Positions 1 through 10,040 of a stretch of DNA of 64,000 bases are shown here, piece by piece; within the stretch, counting starts at the first letter, position 1, and every line of letters starts with the position of its first letter. Made by a program: the position numbers and the translations under genes. A model generated the notes under the pieces. The model ran no database searches. It was not told the origin of the DNA and saw nothing but the letters and a program-made list of their open reading frames with translations. The DNA lies in NCBI GenBank assembly GCA_963794945.1, contig CAWCFT010000001.1, forward strand, positions 320,001 through 384,000, given 5' to 3'. This DNA is from Endomicrobiales bacterium (lineage in GTDB: Bacteria; Elusimicrobiota; Endomicrobiia; Endomicrobiales; CAWCFT01).

Positions 1-1377
1 GATTTTCTTGTAATTCTAAATGACAACGAAATGTTCATATCTCACAGGGTTGGCGCTCTTGCCGGGTACCTGGCGAAACTGCTTACGGCCGGCACGCTGA
101 AACGCCTTGAAAAAGAAGTCGAAGTATTTTTTAAACGCATACATTTCTGGGGAAGCCAGATACTGCGCGTGGCTAAACGTTTCAAGGTGCTTCTTTTTCC
201 CGGAATGCTTTTCGAAGAAATGGGCTTCGCATATCTGGGCCCGGTCGACGGGCATAACGTTTTTGAACTGATAGATATACTGTCCAAGGTAAAAGAACTC
301 AAAGGGCCCGTACTCTTGCACGTAATAACAAAAAAAGGAAAAGGGTATGCACCGGCGGAGAGCCAGCCGACTAAATTTCACGGTGTCGGAAGGTTCAATA
401 TAATTACCGGCGAAATAGAAAAGAACGGCGGCAACCCGTCCTACACGCAGGTTTTTGGTGAAACAATAGTTAAACTGGCAAGGGAAGACTCGAGAATAGT
501 AGGCATAACAGCAGCGATGACCGAAGGCAGCGGGCTGGAAGATTTCGCAAAAGAATTTCCAGAACGTTTCTTTGACGTAGGTATTGCCGAAGAACACGCG
601 CTTACATTCGCGGCTGGGCTTGCCTGCGACGGGCTGCGGCCGGTTTGCAGCATCTACTCTACTTTCATGCAGAGGGGGATAGATCAGATAATACATGATA
701 TTGCCCTGCAGAAACTGCCGGTTATAATGTCGCTTGACAGGGCCGGACTGGTAGGTGAAGATGGTGCCACTCATCACGGTAGCTTTGATCTCTCATACCT
801 GCGGTATATCCCTAACCTTACTATAATGGCGCCATGTGATGAGAACGAGTTGCAGCACATGTTAAAGACCGCGATCGAGTTGAACGGGCCTGTGGCCATA
901 AGATATCCTAGAGGGGCCGGTGTCGGTGTGTCCATGGATAAGCAGCCAAAGGTATTGGAAACAGGCAAAGCAAAAGTTTTTTCGGAAGGCAAAGACGTGA
1001 TATTGGCAGCTATAGGCAACACTGTTCATACGGCTTCAACGGCTGTGAAAATACTTGAAAATAACGGCATCAGCGCCGGTTTAGTGAATATGAGGTTCCT
1101 TAAACCTCTTGATCGCGGAGTTCTTGATTCTTTGTCCAGGAATGTAAGGCACTTTGTTGTAATCGAAGAGAATTCTGTAATTGGAGGCCTTAACAGCGCA
1201 GTGTGCGAACATTTCGCCGGTTCCGGAGTCAAGATACTTAAAATAGGGCTCCCGGACAGCTTTATAGAGCATGGCAGCCAGAAGATACTCAGGGATAAAT
1301 ACGGACTTAGTGCAGAGAAGATAGCTGACAAAGTGGCCAAATGGATAAAACTGGAAACAGGCATGGACGCGATTTGA
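1..1377 (+). CDS. dxs: 1-deoxy-D-xylulose-5-phosphate synthase (5'-truncated by window edge)
   Basis: Frame is open from base 1 (DFLVILNDNEM...). DXS motifs GPVDGH, HVITKKGKGY, DVGIAEEHA, DRAGLVGEDGATHHG and IRYPRG are present. Confidence 0.96.
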   Translation, partial: DFLVILNDNEMFISHRVGALAGYLAKLLTAGTLKRLEKEVEVFFKRIHFWGSQILRVAKRFKVLLFPGMLFEEMGFAYLGPVDGHNVFELIDILSKVKELKGPVLLHVITKKGKGYAPAESQPTKFHGVGRFNIITGEIEKNGGNPSYTQVFGETIVKLAREDSRIVGITAAMTEGSGLEDFAKEFPERFFDVGIAEEHALTFAAGLACDGLRPVCSIYSTFMQRGIDQIIHDIALQKLPVIMSLDRAGLVGEDGATHHGSFDLSYLRYIPNLTIMAPCDENELQHMLKTAIELNGPVAIRYPRGAGVGVSMDKQPKVLETGKAKVFSEGKDVILAAIGNTVHTASTAVKILENNGISAGLVNMRFLKPLDRGVLDSLSRNVRHFVVIEENSVIGGLNSAVCEHFAGSGVKILKIGLPDSFIEHGSQKILRDKYGLSAEKIADKVAKWIKLETGMDAI

Positions 1378-1410
1378 ACGCCAGGATCATAGAGGCAGCG
1401 CCAGAAGTTC

Positions 1411-2178
1411 ATGAAAAAGAAAGCTAAGGTCAGGCTAGATGAACTAATAGTTGAACTTAAACTCGCGCCTACAAAGGCCATAGCTCAGGCGCTGATAATC
1501 GCCGGCGGCATCGAAACAAAAACCCCTATCAACTTAAAACCCGGAACCCTTGTAGATGCTGGAGAACGAGTATCACTGAAAAGAACCAACCCTTATGTGT
1601 CCCGCGGCGGATTAAAGCTTGAAGCAGCAATGAAGGTTTTCGGGCCACTCTGTAAGGACAAGGTTTGCATGGATATAGGCGCTTCCACAGGTGGCTTCAC
1701 AGATTATATGCTTAAGCATGGCGCCGCAAAAGTTTACGCGGTAGATGTTGGGAAGAGCCTTCTGGATTTCAAGCTGACAAAGGATTCAAGGGTAGTAAAT
1801 ATTGAAAATGTGAATTTCCGCTATTTTTCAGACCAAACCTTGAAAGAGAAAATTGAATTTGTTACAATTGACGTATCTTTCATATCATTGGATAAAGTAT
1901 TACCGAATGCAGTTGATGTCCTCAAGCCAGGTGGTCATATTGTTTCCATGGTTAAACCGCAGTTTGAAGTAGAACCGAGAGAACTTCGTAAAGGCGTTGT
2001 TTTTAATGCGAAATCAAGGCTTGCTGCAATAGAAAGAATTAAGGCGCTGTCACTTAACTTGGGGCTTGAAATATCGGGTGAAGCGGATTCCGAAGTTAAG
2101 GGGCCTGCGGGTAACGTTGAATATTTTCTTTTAATGAGGAAACCTAATGCAGATCAAATTGCCAAAATCTCTTTTTAA
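1411..2178 (+). CDS. tlyA: TlyA family rRNA (cytidine-2'-O)-methyltransferase
   Basis: S4-like N-terminus, YVSRGGLKL, DIGASTGGFTD, DVSFISL, KPQFE, GPAGNVEY; usual dxs-tlyA synteny. Confidence 0.95.
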   Translation: MKKKAKVRLDELIVELKLAPTKAIAQALIIAGGIETKTPINLKPGTLVDAGERVSLKRTNPYVSRGGLKLEAAMKVFGPLCKDKVCMDIGASTGGFTDYMLKHGAAKVYAVDVGKSLLDFKLTKDSRVVNIENVNFRYFSDQTLKEKIEFVTIDVSFISLDKVLPNAVDVLKPGGHIVSMVKPQFEVEPRELRKGVVFNAKSRLAAIERIKALSLNLGLEISGEADSEVKGPAGNVEYFLLMRKPNADQIAKISF

Positions 2179-2822
2179 GAAAGGCACGAAGATCAGGATC
2201 GCACCTAAACCTATTTACGAGCCCAGCGATGTCCCAAGAACACCCGAAACCGTTGTCCTGGATGTAATAAAGAAAAAAACAATACCCGCGCTGATCGAAT
2301 CCCTTGGCGACGCCGACCCCTATCTCCGATCGGTATCCGCAGAAGTCCTTGGAAGGCTGAAAGAAAAGAAAGCCGTCCAAAGCCTCGCCGCACTGCTTTC
2401 CGACCATTCAAAGTACGTCCGTGAAAAGGCCGCGATATCACTGGGCCATATAGGCGATAAATCATCTGTTCCTGCGCTGATCAAGGCATTAAACGACGAG
2501 TCGGAAGAGGTAAGGGTAACCGTGGCCGGTGTTTTAGGCCATCTGCGCGACCGCCTGGCAGTTCCAGCCCTTATAGTGTCATTAGCCGACCCAAGCGCAC
2601 ACACGAGAATGAAAGCCTGCGATCTCGCTGGGTATTATCGGAGACCCTTCCGCTGTCAAACCTTTATTCGGATTGCTTAAGGATGAGAACGAATTCGTCA
2701 GAAAATATGCCTGTGAAGCCATGGGAGCTATCGGATATCAGGCGATCCCTGCTCTGCTACTGGCGCTAAAAGATGAGAAAATACGCGCTCATGCAGCTCA
2801 GGCGCTGATGAAAATACGTTAA
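2147..2822 (+). CDS. HEAT/PBS-lyase repeat protein (one frameshift near 2617)
   Basis: Repeats of the type [25 protein letters not shown]. After a shift near 2617 the frame continues AAISLGIIGD...[11 protein letters not shown] to TAA at 2820-2822, matching the neighbouring paralogue. Confidence 0.85.
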
Positions 2823-2839
2823 ACAGTGAGGGTTTAGCC

Positions 2840-3473
2840 ATGAATATATTCTCGAAGCTGAAATCATTCCTGGGGCTAAAATCAGAAGCTAACGCTGATA
2901 ACGATCCTCTTTCCACATCAGACGAGAACATAGTCGCTTCCATAATAGCTTCCCTTCGTGAGCCCGACCCTCTGATAAGGGCGATAAGCATAGGACTTGC
3001 CGGTCACCTTAAAGACAAGGCGTTCGTTGACCACCTGATAGAAATGCTTTCCGACCCGTTGGAAATAGTAAGGCAGAAAGCGGCTCAGGCGCTGGGTAAC
3101 ATCGCAAGCAAAAAGGCCGTTCCAGCGCTCATAAAAGCGCTTGAAGACCCTTCGGAAGACGTCAAGGTGACAGTAGCGGGAGTGCTCGGTTTCCTAAAGG
3201 ATAAGACAGCTGTTCCGGCTTTAATGAACACTCTTGCCGATAAAAGCGCACATACAAGGATGAAAGCCGCGATATCTCTCGGATATATCCGTGACGAAAA
3301 AGCTATACCAGCTTTAAGCAAGGCCACTAAAGACGATAACGAGTTCGTAAGGAAATACGCCTGCGAAGCCCTGGGAAATATAGGAAGGGACGCCGTGCCG
3401 GCGCTTCTTGAAGCTATGAAGGACAGCCGGCCTGAGAGAAACCGCGACAGCCGCTCTACTTAAAATCAAATAA
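2840..3473 (+). CDS. HEAT/PBS-lyase repeat protein, tandem paralogue
   Basis: Repeats [23 protein letters not shown] and [12 protein letters not shown] probable indel near 3427 gives an end at 3473 rather than 3463. Confidence 0.85.
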
Positions 3474-3474
3474 A

Positions 3475-5947
3475 ATGACAAACTATAATCCGTCGGATAT
3501 CGAACCCAAGTGGCAGAATACCTGGGACGAGAAAATAATATTTAAAGCTTTGGACGACAGCCCGGCAAAGAAATATTACTGCCTTGTCATGTTCCCGTAC
3601 CCTTCCGGCAAACTTCATATGGGGCACGTGCGCAACTATAGTATCGGCGACGTGTTCGCCAGGTTCTACAGGATGAAGGGTTTTAATGTCATACACCCTA
3701 TCGGATGGGATTCGTTCGGATTGCCGGCAGAGAATGCCGCGATAAAGAACAAAACTAATCCGCGTGACTGGACAATAGAGAACATCAAGCAGATGGGTGT
3801 TCAGCTTAAAAGGCTTGGCATCTCTTACGACTGGGACAGGGAGATCGCTACATGCGACCCTAGATACTACAAATGGAACCAGTGGTTCTTCATAAAGATG
3901 TGGGAAAAGGGCTCGCTTTCAAGAAGAAAGCTCGCGTCAACTGGTGTCCTTCGTGCAAAACAGTGCTGGCCAACGAGCAGGTAAACCAAGGACTATGCTG
4001 GAGGTGTGATTCTAAAGTAGAAGATAAAGACCTCGAACAGTGGTTCGTTAAGATAACGGATTACGCGGAGGAGCTTCTGAGCGGGCACAAGCAGCTTGAA
4101 AAAGGCTGGCCGCAGGAAGTCCTCGCGATGCAAAAGAATTGGATAGGAAAATCTACGGGCGCTGAGCTGGATTTTGAAATAGAATCGGAAGATAAGGCAT
4201 TCAAGAGCAAAGTCCGGGTGTTCACAACCCGCCCAGATACGCTTTTCGGCGCCACATTTATGGTTTTTGCGCCGGAACATAAAATAGTGGAACGGCGGCG
4301 CCGAAAATTAAAAATATTGAACAGGCAAAGAGCTATATATCGCAAAGCAGAAAAAAATCAACTATCGAAAGGACATCTGAAAAGAAAAAAACAGGCCTTA
4401 AGCTTGAAGGCATATATGCTGTAAACCCGGCCGGCGGCAAAAAGATACCGGTTTTTATTGCAGATTACGTTTTGGCCGATTACGGGACAGGGGCGATAAT
4501 GGCTGTTCCGGCTCACGACCAGAGAGACTGGGATTTTGCGAAAAAGTTCGGGGCTGAAATTATAGAAGTCATTCATGGTGAAGGCGCAAACGTCTCGGCC
4601 TGCGCTTATGAAGGCGAAGGCGTAATGGTCAACTCCGGCGAGTTTAACGGGACAGATTCGCGGACAGGCGTAGAGAAAGTAACTAAGTGGATCGAGAGCA
4701 AAGGCCTTGGCAAAGGCGCGATTAACTTCAAGCTTAAAGAATGGCTGATCTCAAGACAGAGATACTGGGGCACGCCTATTCCCATGGTTTACTGCAAGGA
4801 GTGCGGTATAGTGCCAGTTAAAGAGGACGAACTTCCGGTCCTTCTGCCGGCAAACGTCGAACTGACAGGCCAGGGCGAATCTCCTCTTGCTTCAAATACG
4901 AAATTCCTGGAAACAACCTGCCCCAAGTGCGGCAAAACCGCGCGGCGGGAAACTGACACGATGGATACATTTGTTGATTCATCCTGGTATTTCTCTAGAT
5001 ATTGCGACCCGCAAAACAGCAAGGCGCCTTTTTCAAGCGCGCTCGCCGATAAATGGCTTCCAGTGGACCAGTACATTGGCGGCATAGAACACGCCTGCAT
5101 GCACCTTATATATTCAAGGTTCTGGCACAAGTTCATGAGGGACCTGGGTTTAGTCAAGTGCGACGAACCTTACACTAACCTTCTTACTCAGGGAATGGTC
5201 ACGCTTGGCGGCAGTGCAATGTCAAAATCACGCGGCAATGTCGTCTCGCCTGATGAGATAATAGTCAAATATGGGGCCGATACTGCCAGGCTGTTCATAC
5301 TTTTCGCGGCGCCACCGGAAAAGCAGCTCGACTGGTCGCAGGACGGGCTTGAAGGCTGCTGGAGGTTCCTTAACAGGGTTTGGCGTTTGCAGGAACTGGC
5401 GGGTTCCAAAGAAAAAAAAGTGGTGATTACCGGCGATGAAGCCGCGGCAGCAGAAAAGAAGCTGTTGTCTAAAACAAGCAAAACTATCAATAAAGTTGAA
5501 CGTGACATAAATACGGAACACCAGCTCAACACAGCCATATCTTCAGTTATGGAACTAGTCAACGAATTATATTCCTATCCGCTTTTAGGCTGTGAAACAG
5601 GGTTTGAAACGGCGGCCAGGGCATACGAGGCTGTCATCCTTCTTCTTGCTCCTTATACGCCGCATATTTGCGAAGAGATATGGCAGAAACTAGGGCACAA
5701 TGACAGTATTGCTTTCGCCGAATGGCCCTTAGCAGATCCTAAATATCTGGCAGACGATGAGATTGAACTTCCTATCCAGATAAACGGAAAACTGCGCGGG
5801 AAAGTGTGCGTTCCTGCCGAAATAACTGAAAACGAGCTTAAAGATTTATGCGCGAAAGATGAAAAGGTGGCGAAATTATTAGAGAACAGAAGTATTGTTA
5901 AATTTATTTATGTGCCAAAACGGATAGTAAATATCATTTTAGTGTAA
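3475..5947 (+). CDS. leuS: Leucyl-tRNA synthetase (split over three frames by two indels)
   Basis: [13 protein letters not shown] (HIGH), editing-domain [10 protein letters not shown] and [19 protein letters not shown] (KMSKS), C-terminal QINGKLRG. Shifts near 3910 and 4295. Confidence 0.96.
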
Positions 5948-5983
5948 TGCCAAAAGAAAGACGTGTGCAAGATATTGAGATAA

Positions 5984-6142
5984 TCAAATATCAAGAATCA
6001 AAAATCAAAATGACAAATCAAAATTTAGAGATAGATTCAAAATAATAATTAGTAAAAAATATTTTTAAGCGGTAGTTTGTATGATTCATGTTGTTAACCT
6101 TAATTTTGGTATTTGATATTTAATTTTTGACATTAAGATTTT
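5984..6142. repeat. Intergenic heptamer-repeat hairpin, family A ((TCAAAAA)n ... (TTTTTGA)n)
   Basis: Left arm tcaaata-tcaagaa-tcaaaaa-tcaaaat; right arm ttttgg-tatttga-tatttaa-tttttga. Confidence 0.8.
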
Positions 6143-6159
6143 AAAATAAAGGAGGATTT

Positions 6160-6714
6160 ATGAATGCAGCAAAAATGATCAAGTATCTTTTGTTGACAGG
6201 CATTATCGCTGTGATGGGGTGCGCATCGCCGTATACTCCGGCTCCGCAGCTGTTACCCGCGCACATAAAGAACATTTACATCCGTCCGTTCGTCAACAAT
6301 ACAAATCAGTACGGTTTGGAAGAAAAATTGACCCTGGCCGTTACAGATGAATTCATCAGGGATGGAAGAATGAAGATAGTTAATTCCGAAGCTGAAGCTG
6401 ACGGTGTTGTGGTAGGGGAGATAAGCAAATATATTCTTCAGCCGCTGACATACGATGCCAATATGGTCACGCAACAGTATAAATTGTGGGTACTGCTGAA
6501 TATACATTTCGTTGACAGGGTAAAAAATGTCACTATGTGGTCAGAACCGAACATGGAAGGCATACAGGTGTATTACGATGCCACAAGAGGCGGACCTACA
6601 GAAGTTGAAGTTCAGCAGACCATGTGGGGGAACTTCGCGCAGGACATAGTTAAACGCACAATGGAAGGGTTTGGTTCTGTTTCAGGCGCAGAACAATACA
6701 AAGTGCCGCAATAA
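6160..6714 (+). CDS. lptE: LptE-family LPS assembly lipoprotein
   Basis: Lipobox VMG-C, IYIRPFVNNT...GLEEKLT motif, conserved leuS-lptE-holA order, GGAGG RBS. Confidence 0.8.
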   Translation: MNAAKMIKYLLLTGIIAVMGCASPYTPAPQLLPAHIKNIYIRPFVNNTNQYGLEEKLTLAVTDEFIRDGRMKIVNSEAEADGVVVGEISKYILQPLTYDANMVTQQYKLWVLLNIHFVDRVKNVTMWSEPNMEGIQVYYDATRGGPTEVEVQQTMWGNFAQDIVKRTMEGFGSVSGAEQYKVPQ

Positions 6715-6720
6715 ACGGGT

Positions 6721-6830
6721 TCAAATTTCAAATATTAAAGATTAAATATGCAGGGTTCAAGTAAGTGAACATCTTTTGTTTCAATGATTTTAATTGGACA
6801 TATTTTTGATGTTTAATTTTTGATTTTTGA
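6721..6830. repeat. Intergenic heptamer-repeat hairpin, family A
   Basis: tcaaatt-tcaaata-ttaaaga-ttaaata ... tttttga-tgtttaa-tttttga-tttttga. Confidence 0.8.
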
Positions 6831-6842
6831 GTGCTTAAAACT

Positions 6843-7850
6843 ATGGCATATTTAAAACCTAAAGAATTTTATATTCGTATCAGGGAACAAAAATACAGGC
6901 CCGTTTATCTCTTCGCCGGCGAGGACGTATACCAGCAGGAAGAGGCGTGCCGTTTTATAGTAAAAAAGCTGGATGTAGATTCGCTGAATATGGAGATCTT
7001 CTATTGCGGCGACATGAACATAAACGATCTGATGCTTGCCGCGCAGACCCATCCATTTATGGCCGAAAGGCGTCTCCTAGTTGTTAAAGACGCGCACAAA
7101 CTAAAGAGCGCCGATGTAGCGGCGCTTTCGGTGTTTTTAAAGAACCCTCTTGAAACAGTATGCCTGCTGTTCATGTGGCCTGAGAAAGTCAGAAAGGAGA
7201 ACAAAAGCAGCGCTCTGTTCAAGGCTATTGAAGCGGCTGGAGAAGTGGTGGAGTTCAAGGCGCTTTACGAGAACGAATTGCCGGCATGGGTAAAGATTAA
7301 AATCAAAGAACAATCTAAAACTATATCTGATGAAGCGGTTGGGGTGCTGATCGCTGAAACAGGGACTAATCTTCTTGACCTGGACAACGAGATCGAAAAA
7401 CTGGCCCTTTACTGCGCGAAAAAGAATGAAATAGCAGTTGCCGACGTTGAAAAGGTGAGCGGACACGCGCGCCAGGCGAACCTCAATAACCTTGCTGAGT
7501 CTGTAGAAAGCGGCAGGATTGGAACCGCGCTTGAGATTACAGAGAAACTCTTGAGTGAAGGCGAGATACCGCTGAAGATGCTCACCACAATCTACAGGGT
7601 GCTCCGGAGGCTGCTCATTGCCAGGAGCATGATGGACGAAAAGAAGAGTTCCCGCATGGAAATCCAGCAGGAACTTAACCTTAACGCGTATTTTGACAGG
7701 AACTTTTTCAATAACCTCTCGAAATACAGCCTCGAAAGGCTTAAGAAAGGGATCAGTCAGGTGTTGTCTGCGGACATTGATCTTAAATCATCTTCAAAAC
7801 CTGAGAACATGGTCTTTGAGGAACTGATCCTGTCTTTGTCAGGCAATTGA
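6843..7850 (+). CDS. holA: DNA polymerase III delta subunit
   Basis: PVYLFAGED, HPFMAERRLLVVK, NEIEKLALY, ADIDLKS; lies between lptE and rpsT. ATG at 6843 preferred over GTG at 6831. Confidence 0.92.
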   Translation: MAYLKPKEFYIRIREQKYRPVYLFAGEDVYQQEEACRFIVKKLDVDSLNMEIFYCGDMNINDLMLAAQTHPFMAERRLLVVKDAHKLKSADVAALSVFLKNPLETVCLLFMWPEKVRKENKSSALFKAIEAAGEVVEFKALYENELPAWVKIKIKEQSKTISDEAVGVLIAETGTNLLDLDNEIEKLALYCAKKNEIAVADVEKVSGHARQANLNNLAESVESGRIGTALEITEKLLSEGEIPLKMLTTIYRVLRRLLIARSMMDEKKSSRMEIQQELNLNAYFDRNFFNNLSKYSLERLKKGISQVLSADIDLKSSSKPENMVFEELILSLSGN

Positions 7851-8117
7851 TTTAACGAGTTTTGCGAGGCGTGCTTTCTGGTTAGCCGCGGCGTTATCGT
7901 GGATAATATCTTTCTTTGATGCCTTGTCCCATTCTGAAAAGGCGAGTTTTAGAAGGCTCGAAGCGGCGGTTTTGTCCTTAGCGGTGACTGCGGCTTCAAC
8001 TTTTCTTACAATGTTGCTGATCTTGCTTCTAACTGCTTTGTTCCTTGTTGCGCGTTTTATAGCCGAACGGTTTTCTTTTAACGCTGATGTGTGACGTCCT
8101 GTCTTTAGTTTTGCCAT
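7839..8117 (-). CDS. rpsT: 30S ribosomal protein S20
   Basis: SALKENRSAIKRATRNKAVRSKI...DKASKKDIIHDNAAANQKARL; GGAGG RBS on the minus strand. Confidence 0.95.
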   Translation of the reverse strand: MAKLKTGRHTSALKENRSAIKRATRNKAVRSKISNIVRKVEAAVTAKDKTAASSLLKLAFSEWDKASKKDIIHDNAAANQKARLAKLVKSIA

Positions 8118-8149
8118 TTAATTCCTCCAGAGCTTTTTAAGATTGACGT

Positions 8150-8178
8150 ATTTTACAAATTTCGGTGCTAGAAGTCAA
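8150..8178 (-). promoter_or_regulatory. sigma70-type promoter of rpsT
   Basis: Minus strand TTGACT-17 nt-TAAAAT. Confidence 0.6.
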
Positions 8179-8194
8179 ATTTGGATCAGAACCG

Positions 8195-8270
8195 ATTAAA
8201 AATTGAAGATTTTGAAAAATTTAAAATTGTTCAACCTTTAATCTTCAAAATTTTCAATCTTCTAAATCTT
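8195..8270. repeat. Intergenic heptamer-like hairpin, family B (TTGAAAA/TTTAAGA ... ATCTTAA/TTTTCAA)
   Basis: attgaagattttgaaaaat is inverted to aatcttcaaaattttcaat (16/19 by hand). Confidence 0.75.
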
Positions 8271-8279
8271 TTATTAATT

Positions 8280-9902
8280 ATGACAGAACACCACAAAATA
8301 GCAAGATCTGTTTCAATAATAAGCATCGCCACCATGACAAGCAGGGTGCTCGGGTATGTCCGCGACGGGCTTTTCGCCGGGCTCTTCGGCGCCGGGGTAA
8401 TATCCGACGCTTTCCTTGTGGCTTACCGTATCCCGAACCTGTTAAGGGACCTGCTGGCTGAAGGGGCTTTAAGCTCAGCGTTCATACCGGTGTTTACCGA
8501 GCATCTTACGAAAGACGGCAAAGAATCGGCATGGCGGCTAGCCAACCTGCTGATAAATTTAATGCTGATCCTTCTTTCGGTTATAGTAATAGCCGGTATA
8601 ATCCTTTCTCCGTACCTTGTGCATCTTCTTCAATGGAACCTTTCAGGACAGGCGTTCGACCTTACAGTAAGGCTCACGCGCACCGTGTTCCCTTTCATCG
8701 CGTTCATGGCGCTGGCAGCTCTTCTGATGGGTATCCTGAACTCTCACCAGGATTTTACGGTGTCAGCGTTCGCCCCGGCTTTGCTGAATGTCATGATGAT
8801 AATAACCGGCATATTCATCTGCCCTCTGTTCGGCACTTTGCCGGAAAAACAGGTTGTCGGGTGGGCCATAGGAGCCCTGGCAGGGGGGCTGGCTCAGTTC
8901 GTCGTTCAAATACCGGCCGTAATAAAGAAAGGATGGATATACAAACCTATCCTTAATCTCAAGGACAAAGGCGTCAGAAAGATATTGAAATTAATGACAC
9001 CAGCCGTATTCGCCCAGTCTGTCACCCAAATTAATATTATAGTTGTTAACACAATAATGGCAGGCCTTTTGGGGAAAGCGGCTATAACATACCTCTACTA
9101 CGGCAACAGGCTGATGCAGCTGCCGCTGGGCGTTTTCGCTGTGGCTATAGCCACGGCGACACTTCCCGTAATTTCACGGAACATAGCGAAAGGCGAGCAT
9201 GCTGAGGCCATCAAGAACTACTCATTCGCCTTGCGCTTGGCTTTTTTTATAGCCATTCCCGCTACCGTGGGCATGATAGTCCTCAGCTTGCCCATAAACT
9301 GCCTGCTGTTTCAGTATGGGAAATTCGCTCTGGCGGACGCGCAGGCAACCGCGAAGACCGCGGTACTGTTTAGCCTCGGTTTGTTCGCTTTCTCCGGAGT
9401 TAAGATAACCGTGCCTATATTTTACGCGCTGAACGATTCAAAAACACCCGTGAAGATCGGCATTGTAACAGTAGCGTCGAACATACTGCTCGGCCTGTTA
9501 TTGATGTCAAAGATGAGCTATTTCGGGTTGGCTCTATCAACCTCACTTTCCGCAACGCTCAACTTTTTCCTGCTTACATGGTTCCTTAGGAAAAAATTAG
9601 GAAGTATTAAGGGTTCGGAAGTTCTCAATTCGGTACTGCGGATATCGGTCGCAGCTGCCGTAATGGCCGTTGTCTGCTGGCTGGTTTACCATGCTGTCCA
9701 TAACCATATTAACTTCGGCAGCGGACATCTTTCGGCGAAACTCAACCAGTTGGCTGAGGTATCAGCAGGTATATTTATCAGCATAGCGGCCTTCCTGGCC
9801 GCCTGCTGGCTCCTTAAGGTTCGAGAACTACAGCTTCTGTTTCAGATGATATCATCGGGAAGGACACCTGATTCAGCCGAAGCGGAAGCGTGGAAAGAAT
9901 AG
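8280..9902 (+). CDS. murJ: Lipid II flippase MurJ (MviN)
   Basis: SRVLGYVRD, AYRIPNLLRDLLAEGALSSAFIP, RLMQLPLGVF. Start moved to ATG 8280 because the upstream extension is the repeat element. Confidence 0.95.
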   Translation: MTEHHKIARSVSIISIATMTSRVLGYVRDGLFAGLFGAGVISDAFLVAYRIPNLLRDLLAEGALSSAFIPVFTEHLTKDGKESAWRLANLLINLMLILLSVIVIAGIILSPYLVHLLQWNLSGQAFDLTVRLTRTVFPFIAFMALAALLMGILNSHQDFTVSAFAPALLNVMMIITGIFICPLFGTLPEKQVVGWAIGALAGGLAQFVVQIPAVIKKGWIYKPILNLKDKGVRKILKLMTPAVFAQSVTQINIIVVNTIMAGLLGKAAITYLYYGNRLMQLPLGVFAVAIATATLPVISRNIAKGEHAEAIKNYSFALRLAFFIAIPATVGMIVLSLPINCLLFQYGKFALADAQATAKTAVLFSLGLFAFSGVKITVPIFYALNDSKTPVKIGIVTVASNILLGLLLMSKMSYFGLALSTSLSATLNFFLLTWFLRKKLGSIKGSEVLNSVLRISVAAAVMAVVCWLVYHAVHNHINFGSGHLSAKLNQLAEVSAGIFISIAAFLAACWLLKVRELQLLFQMISSGRTPDSAEAEAWKE

Positions 9903-9910
9903 CAGAAAAT

Positions 9911-10029
9911 TCAAAAATCAAGAATCAAAAATCAAAAATGAAAAGCAATCAATAAACCTCTGACAGGCAGTTTTAAAAAGGCCGCCAATGGCGGCACCTC
10001 ATATTTGACATTTAATTTTTGATATTTGA
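9911..10029. repeat. Intergenic heptamer-repeat hairpin, family A, with nested GCCGCCAATGGCGGC palindrome
   Basis: tcaaaaa-tcaagaa-tcaaaaa-tcaaaaa ... tatttga-catttaa-tttttga-tatttga; palindrome at 9981-9995. Confidence 0.85.
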
Positions 10030-10040
10030 TTTAATATAAA

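Noticed and set aside
8181..8279. N-terminal extension of MurJ, and similar short extensions of holA and lpxB
   Set aside because: These are translations of the intergenic hairpin repeats or their edges; downstream ATGs match the family starts.
5984..10029. Heptamer arrays as a CRISPR array or replication origin
   Set aside because: There are no constant 23-47 bp repeats with spacers, no cas genes and no DnaA-box cluster, and the arrays are dispersed and inverted.
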